Origin: Nitrospirota bacterium
GTDB taxonomy: Bacteria; Nitrospirota; Nitrospiria; Nitrospirales; Nitrospiraceae
Direction of reading: 5' to 3'
Assembly (NCBI GenBank): GCA_963703955.1
Contig: CAVPGK010000011.1
Span: 128,001 to 192,000 of the forward strand
Length of the DNA: 64,000 nt
Positions 31,988 to 41,249 of the stretch are shown here, in pieces. Each line of letters begins with the position of its first letter. Positions within the stretch are counted from its first letter, which is position 1. The notes beneath the pieces are model-generated. The model had not been told where the DNA came from, ran no database searches, and worked only from the letters and a program-made list of their open reading frames with translations. A program made the position numbers and the translations under genes.

Positions 31988-32230
31988 ATGACCCACATTG
32001 CTGCAAGTAAAGTCAGGCAGGATCTCTCGGATACCCTGAATCGAGTTGCCCATGGAAGGCAGCGAGTCGTCCTTGTGCGCCGCGGGAAGGAGATCGCGGC
32101 TTTGATTCCGATTGAAGATCTGCGATTGCTTGAGGCCTTGGAAGACCCTATTAACCTGGCCGACGCACGCGCCTCACTCGCCGAGGCCAATAAGATCCTT
32201 GAGGTCATCATGAAGGAACTTGGTCTCTAA
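31988..32230 (+). CDS. Phd/YefM-family antitoxin
   Basis: ASKVRQDLSDTLNRV...VVLVRRGKEIAALIPIED. Confidence 0.85.
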   Translation: MTHIAASKVRQDLSDTLNRVAHGRQRVVLVRRGKEIAALIPIEDLRLLEALEDPINLADARASLAEANKILEVIMKELGL

Positions 32231-32241
32231 GGCTTACCCGC

Positions 32242-32490
32242 TTGGCTTATTCGGTTCATCTCGCCCCCACCGCTGAGCTCAACTCGGAGCTCTCGACAAA
32301 CCTGCCCGACAGAGGATCGTTCGTTGCCTTCGGATGCTAGAGGACAATCCGCGCCCGCGCGGGATCCAGAAGCTCACTGACCCGGAGAATTTCTACCGCA
32401 TCCGAGAAGGCTAAAACATCAAGGACAAAGATGATCATTCTCATCGTCAGAATTGGGCATTGGAAAGATGTACGTACGGTCCAGCTACTG
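32242..32490 (+). pseudogene. RelE/ParE-family toxin pseudogene
   Basis: MAYSVHLAP / LDKPARQRI...DNPRPRGIQKL...YRIREG* / ILIVRIGHWKDV split by frameshifts and a stop. Confidence 0.75.
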
Positions 32491-32621
32491 AAGACTTATC
32501 CTCCCGCCCTAATCATTAGGCGGTCAGTACACGTCAAGCGGGGAAGGAGATTAGAATTCCTGGAGGGATTTCTCTCCGCTCGCTCAATAGAATAGGCGAG
32601 CGGTTCAAACGAAGTTTGGTA

Positions 32622-32647
32622 TGGTGGAGGGTACGGGAGTCGAACCC
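32622..32647 (-). repeat. divergent tRNA-Ala-like 3'-end fragment
   Basis: Reverse complement reads GGGTTCGACTCCCGTACCCTCCACCA (T-loop to CCA). Confidence 0.7.
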
Positions 32648-32785
32648 CCTCCCTCGCGGGCTCGGCTCTGAAACTTGCCTCGCCTGCTCTTACAAAGGGG
32701 CCAGCCCCCTCGCATGCTCCCCGCGAAGGGGGCTCACCCCCTTCGTAACCCCCGGTCGGGGGTTCAAATCTTATTCATCTTTTTT

Positions 32786-32798
32786 TGGTGGAGGGCAG
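32786..32798. repeat. att core, distal junction of element 1
   Basis: TGGTGGAGGGCAG, identical to the last 13 nt of tRNA-Ala (antisense). Confidence 0.9.
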
Positions 32799-32926
32799 CC
32801 GATAAATGATTTATTGAGACCGGCAATTCGCATTCCGTTGCGCGCTCACAGCGCGGCCGTCAACGAGCAAAAGTAGCGCAAGATTGATCCGCGAGCCAGG
32901 GCGAGGAAGACACAAGTGCCGCTGTA

Positions 32927-33109
32927 TTACTTGGGCGGGGACTGAGGCATCGCTGCCACGGCGGATGCAGTGGACGTCTGCATGGATGCCTTCAATTCTT
33001 GAATGGCTCTCGCGACGTCACCCTCGGTCGATCCGAATCGGTCTTCCATTACTTTGATGGCCTGATTAATCGCCTTTGTCATTTTTTTGATCTGCTCCTC
33101 AGGTGTCAT
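32927..33109 (-). CDS. small hypothetical protein
   Basis: TAAGGAG RBS, 60 aa, helical. Confidence 0.6.
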   Translation of the reverse strand: MTPEEQIKKMTKAINQAIKVMEDRFGSTEGDVARAIQELKASMQTSTASAVAAMPQSPPK

Positions 33110-33214
33110 GGAACGTCTCCTTATGGGCGTTCTAACTCTATTCGACGATGGCCCTTGTAATCAAACGTGAGTCAGGATCGCCTGGAAATACAGCTAGAGG
33201 GTATACCTCTGAGC

Positions 33215-33452
33215 CAATGCAGTCAGGTTAAAATTGCTCAGTTTTCAAGAACCACGAGCCTCCTGTCCGATCTTCTCAGGGATCTCGAAGGATTGCAAGA
33301 GGTCAGCACGCAAAAGCTGGCAGTCATGCCAGTCAGCCGCCGAAGGCGCGGGAATGATGACCTGCGGGTTTGTTTGTTCGCTGGTCGCAGGGGTTGTGGT
33401 CGGGTGATCCTGGTGCCACGCGTCCACCAGTAAGGTGAGGGTATGGGCATAG
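33215..33452 (-). mobile_element. possible IS4-family end remnant
   Basis: CAATGCAGTCAGGTTAA resembles IS4-type terminal repeats; a minus-strand ORF tail stops at 33245 just inside it. Confidence 0.3.
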
Positions 33453-33453
33453 G

Positions 33454-33894
33454 CCAGTTGCTCGTTTCGCTGGCTGGAAGGGGATGAGTGGGCGAGCCGT
33501 GTCAAGAACGCATTCGACCAAAATTTCTTGAGTGCGAGTGTGGGCCTGACCGTCCAGGAGCATGAGCCGAACCGGCTCGGCGGGGTCAACATCCTGAAGA
33601 GCGAACTGGTCGAATTTTCCCGCCTTCATGTTTGCGGACGACGACACCCGGGTCCGCATCATTGACGACCCGTTGCATCTACGTGATGACCGCACCCGGC
33701 AGCACATTGGGGAGCGCATGGAGGGGGTGATGCGGCGGGGCCTCGCACAGAACGAACCCATCTACCGAGTCGATCCGGCCGTCATGCGGGAGGCGGCCAA
33801 AACGCTCGCCTCACGACTCGAACGATATACGTACGACCTCATTGCGCACGAGGTCCATGCGGCCATCAATGCCATCCGAGGACGCGTCGATTAA
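33454..33894 (+). pseudogene. HK97-type prohead protease-like fragment
   Basis: FRWLEGDEWASRVKNAFDQNFLSASVGL...GGVNILKSELVEFS, then a frame change into ORF 33628-33894. Confidence 0.45.
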
Positions 33895-33925
33895 ACGACG
33901 GATCACACCACAGGAGGGACTGCCG

Positions 33926-34153
33926 ATGAGTGATCTCTCTGACCTGACCCATGAAACGAGCAACAGTCTTCGGGAGGAAATCTTCGAGAACCAACGCAAA
34001 AGCATGGCCCGCCGCGAGGCGATCCGCCTACTGGAACCGGTGTTGAGACGCGCACAGCAGCGGGCGATCGAGGAGGCGCGGCGGCCTATTAAGCTCTATT
34101 ACATCGAAGGGCTTCAGGACTTTGACCCGTCGCTACGGCTGTGGCCACTGTGA
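33926..34153 (+). CDS. hypothetical protein
   Basis: AGGAGG RBS, 75 aa. Confidence 0.6.
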   Translation: MSDLSDLTHETSNSLREEIFENQRKSMARREAIRLLEPVLRRAQQRAIEEARRPIKLYYIEGLQDFDPSLRLWPL

Positions 34154-34189
34154 GTCAGGCCGATACCAACACGTCAGAAGGGAGGCGTC

Positions 34190-34755
34190 ATGTTGAGGAG
34201 TAAGAATGGGCCCGCCACGATGCCGGACCTCGAGGTCCCGATCGATCAATACCCGGACGTCATCACGGCGCGAGAGGGCTTGCAGGCCGCGATTGAACAG
34301 CAAGAGAGGCTCTCTGCCGAATGGGCGACGGTGCAGGAGACGCTCAGGACGGACATCCCGACCTCCTCGTCGAGACGCTTGTCGTCGGCAGAGGAGAAAA
34401 GACTCGCGCTCAAGCGGCGCACGAGTTTACTAGACGAATTCGAGCAGGCCGAAGAGGCCGTCGCGCTGGCCCGCGCCCGACTCGCACAGGCGCGAGCCGA
34501 CGCAAAACAGATGTTCTTGGATATTCATCTGCCGAGGCTGCGTGAGCTGTTCCATGAGGCGTGCGCCCCGCTGGATGAGGTGGCCGAACGCGTCGATGCC
34601 TCGGGGAGTGGTATCGGCAGCTGTGCGACCTCGGGCAACTGAACGACGCGGACCGGGCCAGATTTCAATATCCGTTGAGTCATTTCATCTTGACGTATGG
34701 CAGCCCGCACTGGCACGAGACCCGACAGATGTTTCGCGAGCAGGGATTGCTGTGA
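34190..34755 (+). CDS. coiled-coil hypothetical protein, frameshift near 34600
   Basis: GGAGG RBS; adding one C at GCC-TC restores reading to TGA 34755. Confidence 0.55.
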
Positions 34756-35224
34756 CAGCCGGGGGCCAACAGACGGTGCGGGATTCGGCGCCGACGATCT
34801 GGGCTGCGCGCCCCCGGTGATTACGTGGCGCACCCAGAACGGATCAAGTGGAGGAGCCCGCACGGCGTGGTCGCCGTCGTGCGTTGTGCGACCCAACCGC
34901 TCACCTGCCTCCAATCGGTACCTCCCGCAATCGACCGGGTGAGCGGGCGCGACCTCTTTTCTCTCCTACCCATGTCAGGAGTCGGGAGTTGGGAGATCGT
35001 CGCTGGAAGCGCCCGTGGGTGGGGGGAATCTGAGCGGCACGACCGTGTGTGTCAGGGGTACGGCATGAGCGATCTGTCGAGCGTGTTCATTTGCATAGAG
35101 CGCGTCATGAGGAATCGCCGTGAGGTGGGCCTGGAAGGCGCTAGGACGAGCCGGACGCTATCATCCCCTGAAGTTTGGGGTAGGATCAATCACCTTGAGC
35201 TAACTGCATGCGACGGGGCGGTGG

Positions 35225-35485
35225 TCAGTTTGAGTTCATCCATGTTATCGCCATGGCCAATGCAGCATCATTCGCCTCTTCGTTGGAAGCAAAAGGCTTA
35301 GTAGTGTCGCCATAAATCGGGGTTATGGTTTCTATGCGTTCATCAGTGGATTCCCGAATCTGAGCCGCAGGAATCCAGCCAACTCCAGGGCGTTCATAAG
35401 ACACAAGGCGAAATCGACGATTGTTATAAATGACCCATTCATGCATTTGAAGAATCTCCACGTGCTTCGTCTCTGCCCACTTCAA
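35225..35485 (-). CDS. hypothetical protein
   Basis: 86-aa protein-like ORF, lower GC. Confidence 0.5.
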   Translation of the reverse strand: MKWAETKHVEILQMHEWVIYNNRRFRLVSYERPGVGWIPAAQIRESTDERIETITPIYGDTTKPFASNEEANDAALAMAITWMNSN

Positions 35486-35512
35486 GGGTTGATGGGTGCG
35501 TTGGGGTTTCCG

Positions 35513-35755
35513 TCATGGTTTCTTCCTTTCATCATGGAGCAGCCAGCTCGCCGGAATCACCGCCTGTTGCCCGGTCAAGGGATGATGCACCCGGATCTGC
35601 CGTCTCCCCACTGGTTCGAGAAAGACACCTTCCAAACGACCGAACAGCGGACTGTCCCAACTCACGCCTTGAACGGCTGTCAAGGGTGGGACGAGTGCGG
35701 TCATAAGCCGCTGGACCTTGTCTTGTTCATCGCTCAGTATCTCAAACAGGCTCAT
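35513..35755 (-). CDS. hypothetical protein
   Basis: GGAGG RBS, 80 aa. Confidence 0.5.
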   Translation of the reverse strand: MSLFEILSDEQDKVQRLMTALVPPLTAVQGVSWDSPLFGRLEGVFLEPVGRRQIRVHHPLTGQQAVIPASWLLHDERKKP

Positions 35756-36317
35756 TCATCAACCTCCCCGGCGAGGCAGGCTCTATGGTTTTGGATTGCT
35801 TTCGCGTATGGTCCTGGTCGCTTGAGCTTATTGATATGGCCACTCGTGTAGTATGGTAGAAACTCGCGTATCGTCATTGCTTAGACATCCTAATGGTTAA
35901 GTAGTGGTGCAGGGTACCACACTACGTAACATATCGCTCATTTTCCTTATCTGGCAAAATAGGAGGCTAGTGTAGGTACTTATGCCATGACATGCTGTCA
36001 AAACAGGAGGGTGTCCGCTTTCCGGCATACATCGTGCTGGTCGGGGTCAGCTTGCTCCTCTGGGCCCTGGTCATCGTGCTGCCGTGGGCACGGACGCGAC
36101 GGCGGAAACCGTAAGGGACGCTCCGAGACGAAGTAACGACAAGGACGCGGGCGCACGCACAAACAAATATCGTCATGTAACGATATTAAATTGCCGAAGC
36201 AACTCAACGATGTGATGTAGCGCAGACGAATCGAGGACGGGACCGGGGGTCCATCTCTATCCGAGGTGCCCCCTTTTTCTGTATCGTAGGTACGTCTAAA
36301 CGCACGCAGGAGACACG

Positions 36318-36650
36318 ATGAGGCGGTGTGAGCAGTGCCACACAGACTTTGAGCCGAAACACCCCAGAGCGCGATTCTGTTCGTCCCACTGTCGGGGGGC
36401 CGCGTGGTATGGGCAGCGGCACATGAGGCTGATGACCCTCCGGGGCCTGGTCGTGCGGGTGATCGAGGAAGTGGATGGGCGGGCAACTGTCCGTGAGGAC
36501 CACAAAAGTGTTTTGGCGGAAGAGCCGAAAGAACATCGCCACAATCTCGAACACGAGACGCGTGAGTGGTCGCGACCCGAAGCGCTGCGCCTTTTGCGGG
36601 CAGAAGGCCTGGGCCGGACGCACCGACCTCAGCGGGGTGTTTCTCTGTGA
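36318..36650 (+). CDS. small zinc-finger protein (CEQC...FCSSHC)
   Basis: AGGAG RBS; CxxC-x11-FCSxxC motif. Confidence 0.55.
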   Translation: MRRCEQCHTDFEPKHPRARFCSSHCRGAAWYGQRHMRLMTLRGLVVRVIEEVDGRATVREDHKSVLAEEPKEHRHNLEHETREWSRPEALRLLRAEGLGRTHRPQRGVSL

Positions 36651-36711
36651 ATCGTGCTGCCAGCGGGGCGAGCGACTACTGAAAGAACGGAGACTCAAGA
36701 AGGAGGAGTGA
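36475..36711 (+). CDS. ClpX-type C4 zinc-finger small protein
   Basis: CAFCG...VFLCESC; ends at the RBS of the next gene; overlaps the previous ORF (start uncertain). Confidence 0.45.
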   Translation: MGGQLSVRTTKVFWRKSRKNIATISNTRRVSGRDPKRCAFCGQKAWAGRTDLSGVFLCESCCQRGERLLKERRLKKEE

Positions 36712-36714
36712 GCG

Positions 36715-37026
36715 ATGGCACTCGCCGACTGGCTGATTCGCATCGGAGGCATCATGACGCTTGACAACTGGCTGATCCTCATCGGAGCCATCATGATGCT
36801 CATCGGACTAGGACTGGCCTTCGTCTCGACTCGCATGATTGCAGAGGTGGGAGCAGCCCGTAGGGGCCTTCTTCTCTTCGGACTCGAACCAGGAAGTCCT
36901 AAGGAGATTGAGCGGGCTCGCTTGCTGAAACGGTCTGACGTAGCATTTTGGTTGGGATTGGGATTCACGGCTGCCGGCATCATCTTCCAGACCGTCGGCG
37001 CGCTGTTAGCGGGAAACCCTCATTAA
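36715..37026 (+). CDS. small membrane protein
   Basis: AGGAGGAG RBS; two hydrophobic helices. Confidence 0.6.
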   Translation: MALADWLIRIGGIMTLDNWLILIGAIMMLIGLGLAFVSTRMIAEVGAARRGLLLFGLEPGSPKEIERARLLKRSDVAFWLGLGFTAAGIIFQTVGALLAGNPH

Positions 37027-37039
37027 GGGAGGATTGACC

Positions 37040-38772
37040 ATGAACGTCGCCCTGTACGCTCGATTCAGCAGTGAACACCAACGGGAGACCTCCATTACCG
37101 ACCAGTTTCGGAACTGCGAGCAATACGCAGCGCGCCAAGGCTGGACCGTCACGCATCGCTACGAGGACAAGGCGATCTCCGGGGCGACGGCCGAGCGTCC
37201 CGGCTATCAGCAGATGCTGAAAGATGCGCAGGCGCATCGGTTCGACGCGCTGTTGATCGACGACTTCTCGCGCCTCTCGCGTGATCAGGTCGAGACGGAG
37301 CAAGCCCGACGACGGATGGTGCACTGGAAGGTGCGGCTGATCGGCGTCTCCGACGGCATCGATACCGCCGCCAAGGGGCACAAGCTGCTCTCCGGGTTCA
37401 AGGGGATCATGAATGAAGTCTTCCTCGACGATCTGAAGGACAAAGTCAGTCGCGGGATGGTGGGGCAAGCCCTGAAGGGCTATCACTGCGGCGGGCGGTC
37501 ATATGGCTACACGCTCAAATCCGACTATGATGCGAGCAAGCCCGATCAGGCACGATCGGCGATTCTCGGCTCTCGGCTGGCGATCCATCCGGAGCAGGCG
37601 CGATGGGTCCGGTGGATTTTCCAACAGTATGCGGACGGCTGGTCGCCGCTGAAGATCGTCAACGAACTCAACCGCAAGGCGATTCCTCCGCCTGGCGCCG
37701 CCTATCGCCGCACGTCCACGCGACGCCCCTCCTGGTGCGCCAGTGCGCTGCACGGCGATCTGAATCAAGGCACGGGCTTGCTCAATAACCCGCTGTACAT
37801 CGGGCAGTCGATCTGGAACCGGTCGCGGTGGGAGAAAGACCCCGACACCAAGCGCAAGAACGCTTCCTGCGCGACCGGAGCGAGTGGGTGGTCACCCCGG
37901 CCCCGCATCTGCGCATCGTGACCGACGATCTCTGGGAGCGCGTCAAGGCGCGCCAGCGGGAGATCAGACACAGCAGTGCGGCGATCCGTGAGGCGTTGCA
38001 CGTCAACGCCCGGACCGGGCGCGGGCCGAAGTATCTCTTCTCCGGGCTGCTCATCTGTGGGGCGTGCGGCGGGAAGTACGTCATTACCGAACCGCATCGC
38101 TACGGCTGTAGCACCTGGCTCTATCGCGGCGAGTCGGTGTGCGCCAATACGGTGAAGGTCTCACGGACATTGGTCGAGACGTTGCTCCTGGAGTCCATCC
38201 AGCGCGACCTCTTCACCGACGAGGCGCTCGCCCTCTTCAAGCAGGAGACGGCCCGATTATTAGCAGAGCGGCGACAGGCGCAGACGCCTGATCTCGTGCA
38301 GGCCAAGGCCCGCCTCGCGCAGGTGGAGCAGCAGATTGCACACATGCTGGCGGCGATCAAGGAGGGCTTCCGATCCGACACGCTCAAGCAAGAGTTAGAG
38401 GAGGCGGAACGGGAACGCGCCCGGCTACAGACCACGATCCACGGGCAGCGCCAGACGCTCGACAAGGTGGCCGACGTCCTCCCCAACGCGGTGGCGCGAT
38501 TCAAGACGCTCGTCGAGAATCTGTCCACCGTGACGCAGAAGCAGGTCGATAAGGCGCGTGGGATTCTTCGGGACTTGGTGGGGAAGCAGATTCCGTTACA
38601 CCCGACCACCCACGGCACGGAGCGGTATCTGACGGCGGAATTGTCCGGGGATTATGCGGGGCTGATCCGGCTCGTCCTGGGTCAAAATAAGTTTGGTGGA
38701 GGGCAGGTGTTACGCCCGTGGTTGGCAACATCACTTTCTTTTGAACTGAAGGGCACTGCGATTGCTGCCTGA
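37040..38772 (+). CDS. large serine recombinase (resolvase, recombinase, Zn-ribbon, coiled coil), frameshift near 37860
   Basis: GGAGG RBS; YARFS catalytic motif, DDFSRLSR, LLNNPLYIG, LRIVTDDLW, LFSGLLICGACGG; ORF runs through the att core. Confidence 0.92.
38694..38706. repeat. att core, element 1/element 2 junction
   Basis: TGGTGGAGGGCAG. Confidence 0.9.
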
Positions 38773-38934
38773 GCTTGATAGAGGCAATACGGGTTCAAAT
38801 CCCCAACGGGATATTTCCCAAGGGGGCCATGCAGTTATCCCATTCTTCCTAAACATCACCGTGAGCGCAGTGTGGGTCAAAACGATGCGTTCACATCCTT
38901 GAGAATCGAGCCAGAAGCCCAATCCCCGCAATAC

Positions 38935-39265
38935 CCAAGCATGGGCTTACCCGATGAAACGTGCCCTGAGGGAGCACGGTACACGGGCAATAGACCGCAG
39001 AACCAGCCTTGGGAAGGCGCTCGACCGTTGGGGATCAACTGGTCTCTGACCTGGGCGGACTTGAACAGGTTTCGACTCAACAGCACGCCATCATCAATGT
39101 CGCGGTCAAAACCAAGCTACTACTCGATAGCATTGACGCCTGGCTCTTGCAGCAACCTAGCCTCATCAACCCTCGCAAGCGATCCGTTCATCCGGTAGTC
39201 CTTCAGAGACAGCAACTTGCCGATAGCCTCATCCGCGCAATGGACCAGCTCGGCTTAGATGGCTC
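38935..39265 (+). pseudogene. fragmented phage/satellite-type protein (DLGG..STQQ family, small-terminase-like)
   Basis: KRALREHGTRAIDRRTSLGKAL / DLGGLEQVSTQQHAIINVAVKTKLLLDSIDAW across frameshifts. Confidence 0.4.
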
Positions 39266-39480
39266 TGCAACCTGTCTCAATCCTGGTCGTACTCATGGTT
39301 ATCCTTCCAGTCATTATCCATCAGCGTCGAATGTTTCGCCTTCCGGCATCTGCTCTCCCAACAGGAGTTGCCGGCCCACCCATGGAGCGCTGTCTGCGCT
39401 CTATGCGTCACGTCGAGCCCAACGGTGTACGGACCAATCCGGTCACCTCACGACCGCCGTTTGGAATCGATCCCGGCCCA

Positions 39481-39681
39481 CTAGATTGGCTGAACCGTCG
39501 CGCCAGCCGGTTCTCGATCGGTCTCGGATCGCGATCGCCGCCGTCTGACCCCCTCCGGCTCTTCCTTCAGCGACCAGAACACTCCTGCGGCCATCGCGAG
39601 TGCGACCAAGCCAACTATTATGAGAGAGAAGGACTCGGTTGGAGGAAGTCCGTTCCAGAACTCGACAGTGCGCGAACCCAT
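39481..39681 (-). CDS. small membrane protein
   Basis: AAGGAG RBS; one TM helix; downstream of hsp20. Confidence 0.45.
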   Translation of the reverse strand: MGSRTVEFWNGLPPTESFSLIIVGLVALAMAAGVFWSLKEEPEGVRRRRSRSETDREPAGATVQPI

Positions 39682-39742
39682 TGCATCGCTCCTTCGGCAT
39701 CTGACATGGCATGGGAGGTGACAGGTCTCGCCCGCATCTCGG

Positions 39743-40192
39743 CTATGCCACTTTCACCTCGATCGCTTTCGGTTTCGCCTTTTCGGACTTCGGTAGGTGG
39801 ACATGCAGCACGCCATCTGTGAACTCCGCCATGACCTTCATGTCGTCGGCATCGTCCGGCACGGTGAAGCTCCTCACGAATGTTCCATATGTCCGCTCGA
39901 TCCGGTGATACTTCTTCCCTTTTTCCTCCTTCTCTTGCTTTCGTTCGCCCTGGATGGTCAACACCCCGTCCTGCACCGTGACTTTCACGTCTTCCTTCTT
40001 CACTTCGGGCAGTTCGGCTTTGATCACATATTCTTTGGCGTCTTCGCTGATATCCACGGCTGGAGACCAGTCCGCCACGGTCAGTGTCTCCTTGCTACCC
40101 TCCTGCCGTGCCGGTAATCGACCGAGTAGGCGGGTGAACCGCTCGCTCATTTCCTCAAGCTCCCGAGATGGATCCAAACGCAACAGATTCAT
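39743..40192 (-). CDS. Hsp20/alpha-crystallin small heat shock protein
   Basis: WSPAVDISE, AELP, LTIQGER, YGTFVRSF, DGVLHVHLPK. Confidence 0.96.
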   Translation of the reverse strand: MNLLRLDPSRELEEMSERFTRLLGRLPARQEGSKETLTVADWSPAVDISEDAKEYVIKAELPEVKKEDVKVTVQDGVLTIQGERKQEKEEKGKKYHRIERTYGTFVRSFTVPDDADDMKVMAEFTDGVLHVHLPKSEKAKPKAIEVKVA

Positions 40193-40327
40193 GGCGACCT
40201 CCTTTATACTTTTATATTGTTCCCCACACCTCGATATGGTACCGGATGCTCTATCCTCCTGGATCCGACATACGTTCCTACAGGCTGATCCTGGCTGCCT
40301 CCCTCGAGACCAAGGCTGCTGCTATGA

Positions 40328-40740
40328 TCATGCGCCCTGCATGGCGGCCGTGAGTTCCGGGCGCGGAACACCTCCCATCGTGAGACCATCACTGCCGCGG
40401 TCCACAACCACCCGCTGCCCGGGCCGGATCTCGCCTGCAATGATCTTCTCGGAGAGCGGCTCAAGGACATGCTCTTGGATCGTCCGTCGCAGCGGACGCG
40501 CGCCGAACGCCGGCTCGTACCCCACCTTCGCTAGGAAGTCTTTGGCGGACTCCGTCAGCTCGATCTCCAGGTCGCGCTGGGCGATCAACCGCGCCATGCT
40601 CCGCATCTGGATATCCACGATCTCGCGGATTCGCCGCGCATCGAGCCGCTTAAAGACGATGGCGGCATCGATGCGGTCAAGAACTCCGGTCGGAACGTGG
40701 CCCGCAATGCCTCGAGCACCCGTTTTCTCGGCCTCCCACC
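40328..40740 (-). pseudogene. ClpB C-terminal fragment
   Basis: FRPEFL / RIDAAIVF...GYEPAFGARPLRRTIQ; N-terminal part absent. Confidence 0.85.
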
Positions 40741-40862
40741 GGTAGGGTTTAGCGTCATACAGTGTTTCAATAACAGAAATTTTCTGAAACGAACAAAAAG
40801 AACATAAGTAATCTCTCAATCACCGATTCCATTACTCGGCTCACGAAGGCGGTATGACGCGT

Positions 40863-41117
40863 TCACGAGGCCTTTGGTTCGGCATCTTGGTATCCCGCAC
40901 CCACATAGCTTCCGGCCCAGTGGGCATACCGACGGTTAACCCAGGTCATGACCTCATCCTTCTGTGCCTCGCCATACCGTTTCTGAAGCACGCTGCCAAA
41001 CGTGGCGAGATTGCCCTCGATCTCGAGAAGATCCTCATCCGTAATCTTCTCCCACTTTGCCTTGAGGAGCGCTTTGAGTTGGGTCCAGAACTGTCCGAAC
41101 TGTTCCTGATTCATCAT
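40863..41117 (-). CDS. CsbD-like stress protein
   Basis: W.QLK...KAKWEKITDEDL..IEG....LQKRYG. Confidence 0.8.
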   Translation of the reverse strand: MMNQEQFGQFWTQLKALLKAKWEKITDEDLLEIEGNLATFGSVLQKRYGEAQKDEVMTWVNRRYAHWAGSYVGAGYQDAEPKAS

Positions 41118-41249
41118 GTGCTCCTTGGTTATGGGTGATGGAATCGCAGACCGCTCCGCCTCCTCACGACGGTCGAAACGCATGAACACGATCCAGACCT
41201 CGTCGTCGAACACGGACACGCTGGCGCAGAAGCGGTGCAGACCGTGAAA

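Larger units (their letters stand above)
32786..38706 (+). mobile_element. integrative element 1 (large serine recombinase, phage-satellite-like, ~5.9 kb)
   Basis: Bounded by 13-bp direct repeats of the tRNA-Ala 3' end; recombinase at right end; reconstructed attP is palindromic. Confidence 0.85.

Noticed and set aside
32622..32650. tmRNA or a complete tRNA gene
   Set aside because: Only a T-loop-to-CCA fragment; no 5' acceptor strand, D arm or tag ORF
32616..32876. 86-aa ORF as a standalone gene
   Set aside because: Starts in antisense tRNA-like sequence; only the part after the att core is meaningful, as a recombinase tail
33333..33761. Minus-strand 142-aa ORF
   Set aside because: Antisense shadow of the plus-strand protease-like fragment
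37850..37870. Programmed frameshift in the recombinase
   Set aside because: No canonical slippery heptamer; similar indels occur throughout the window
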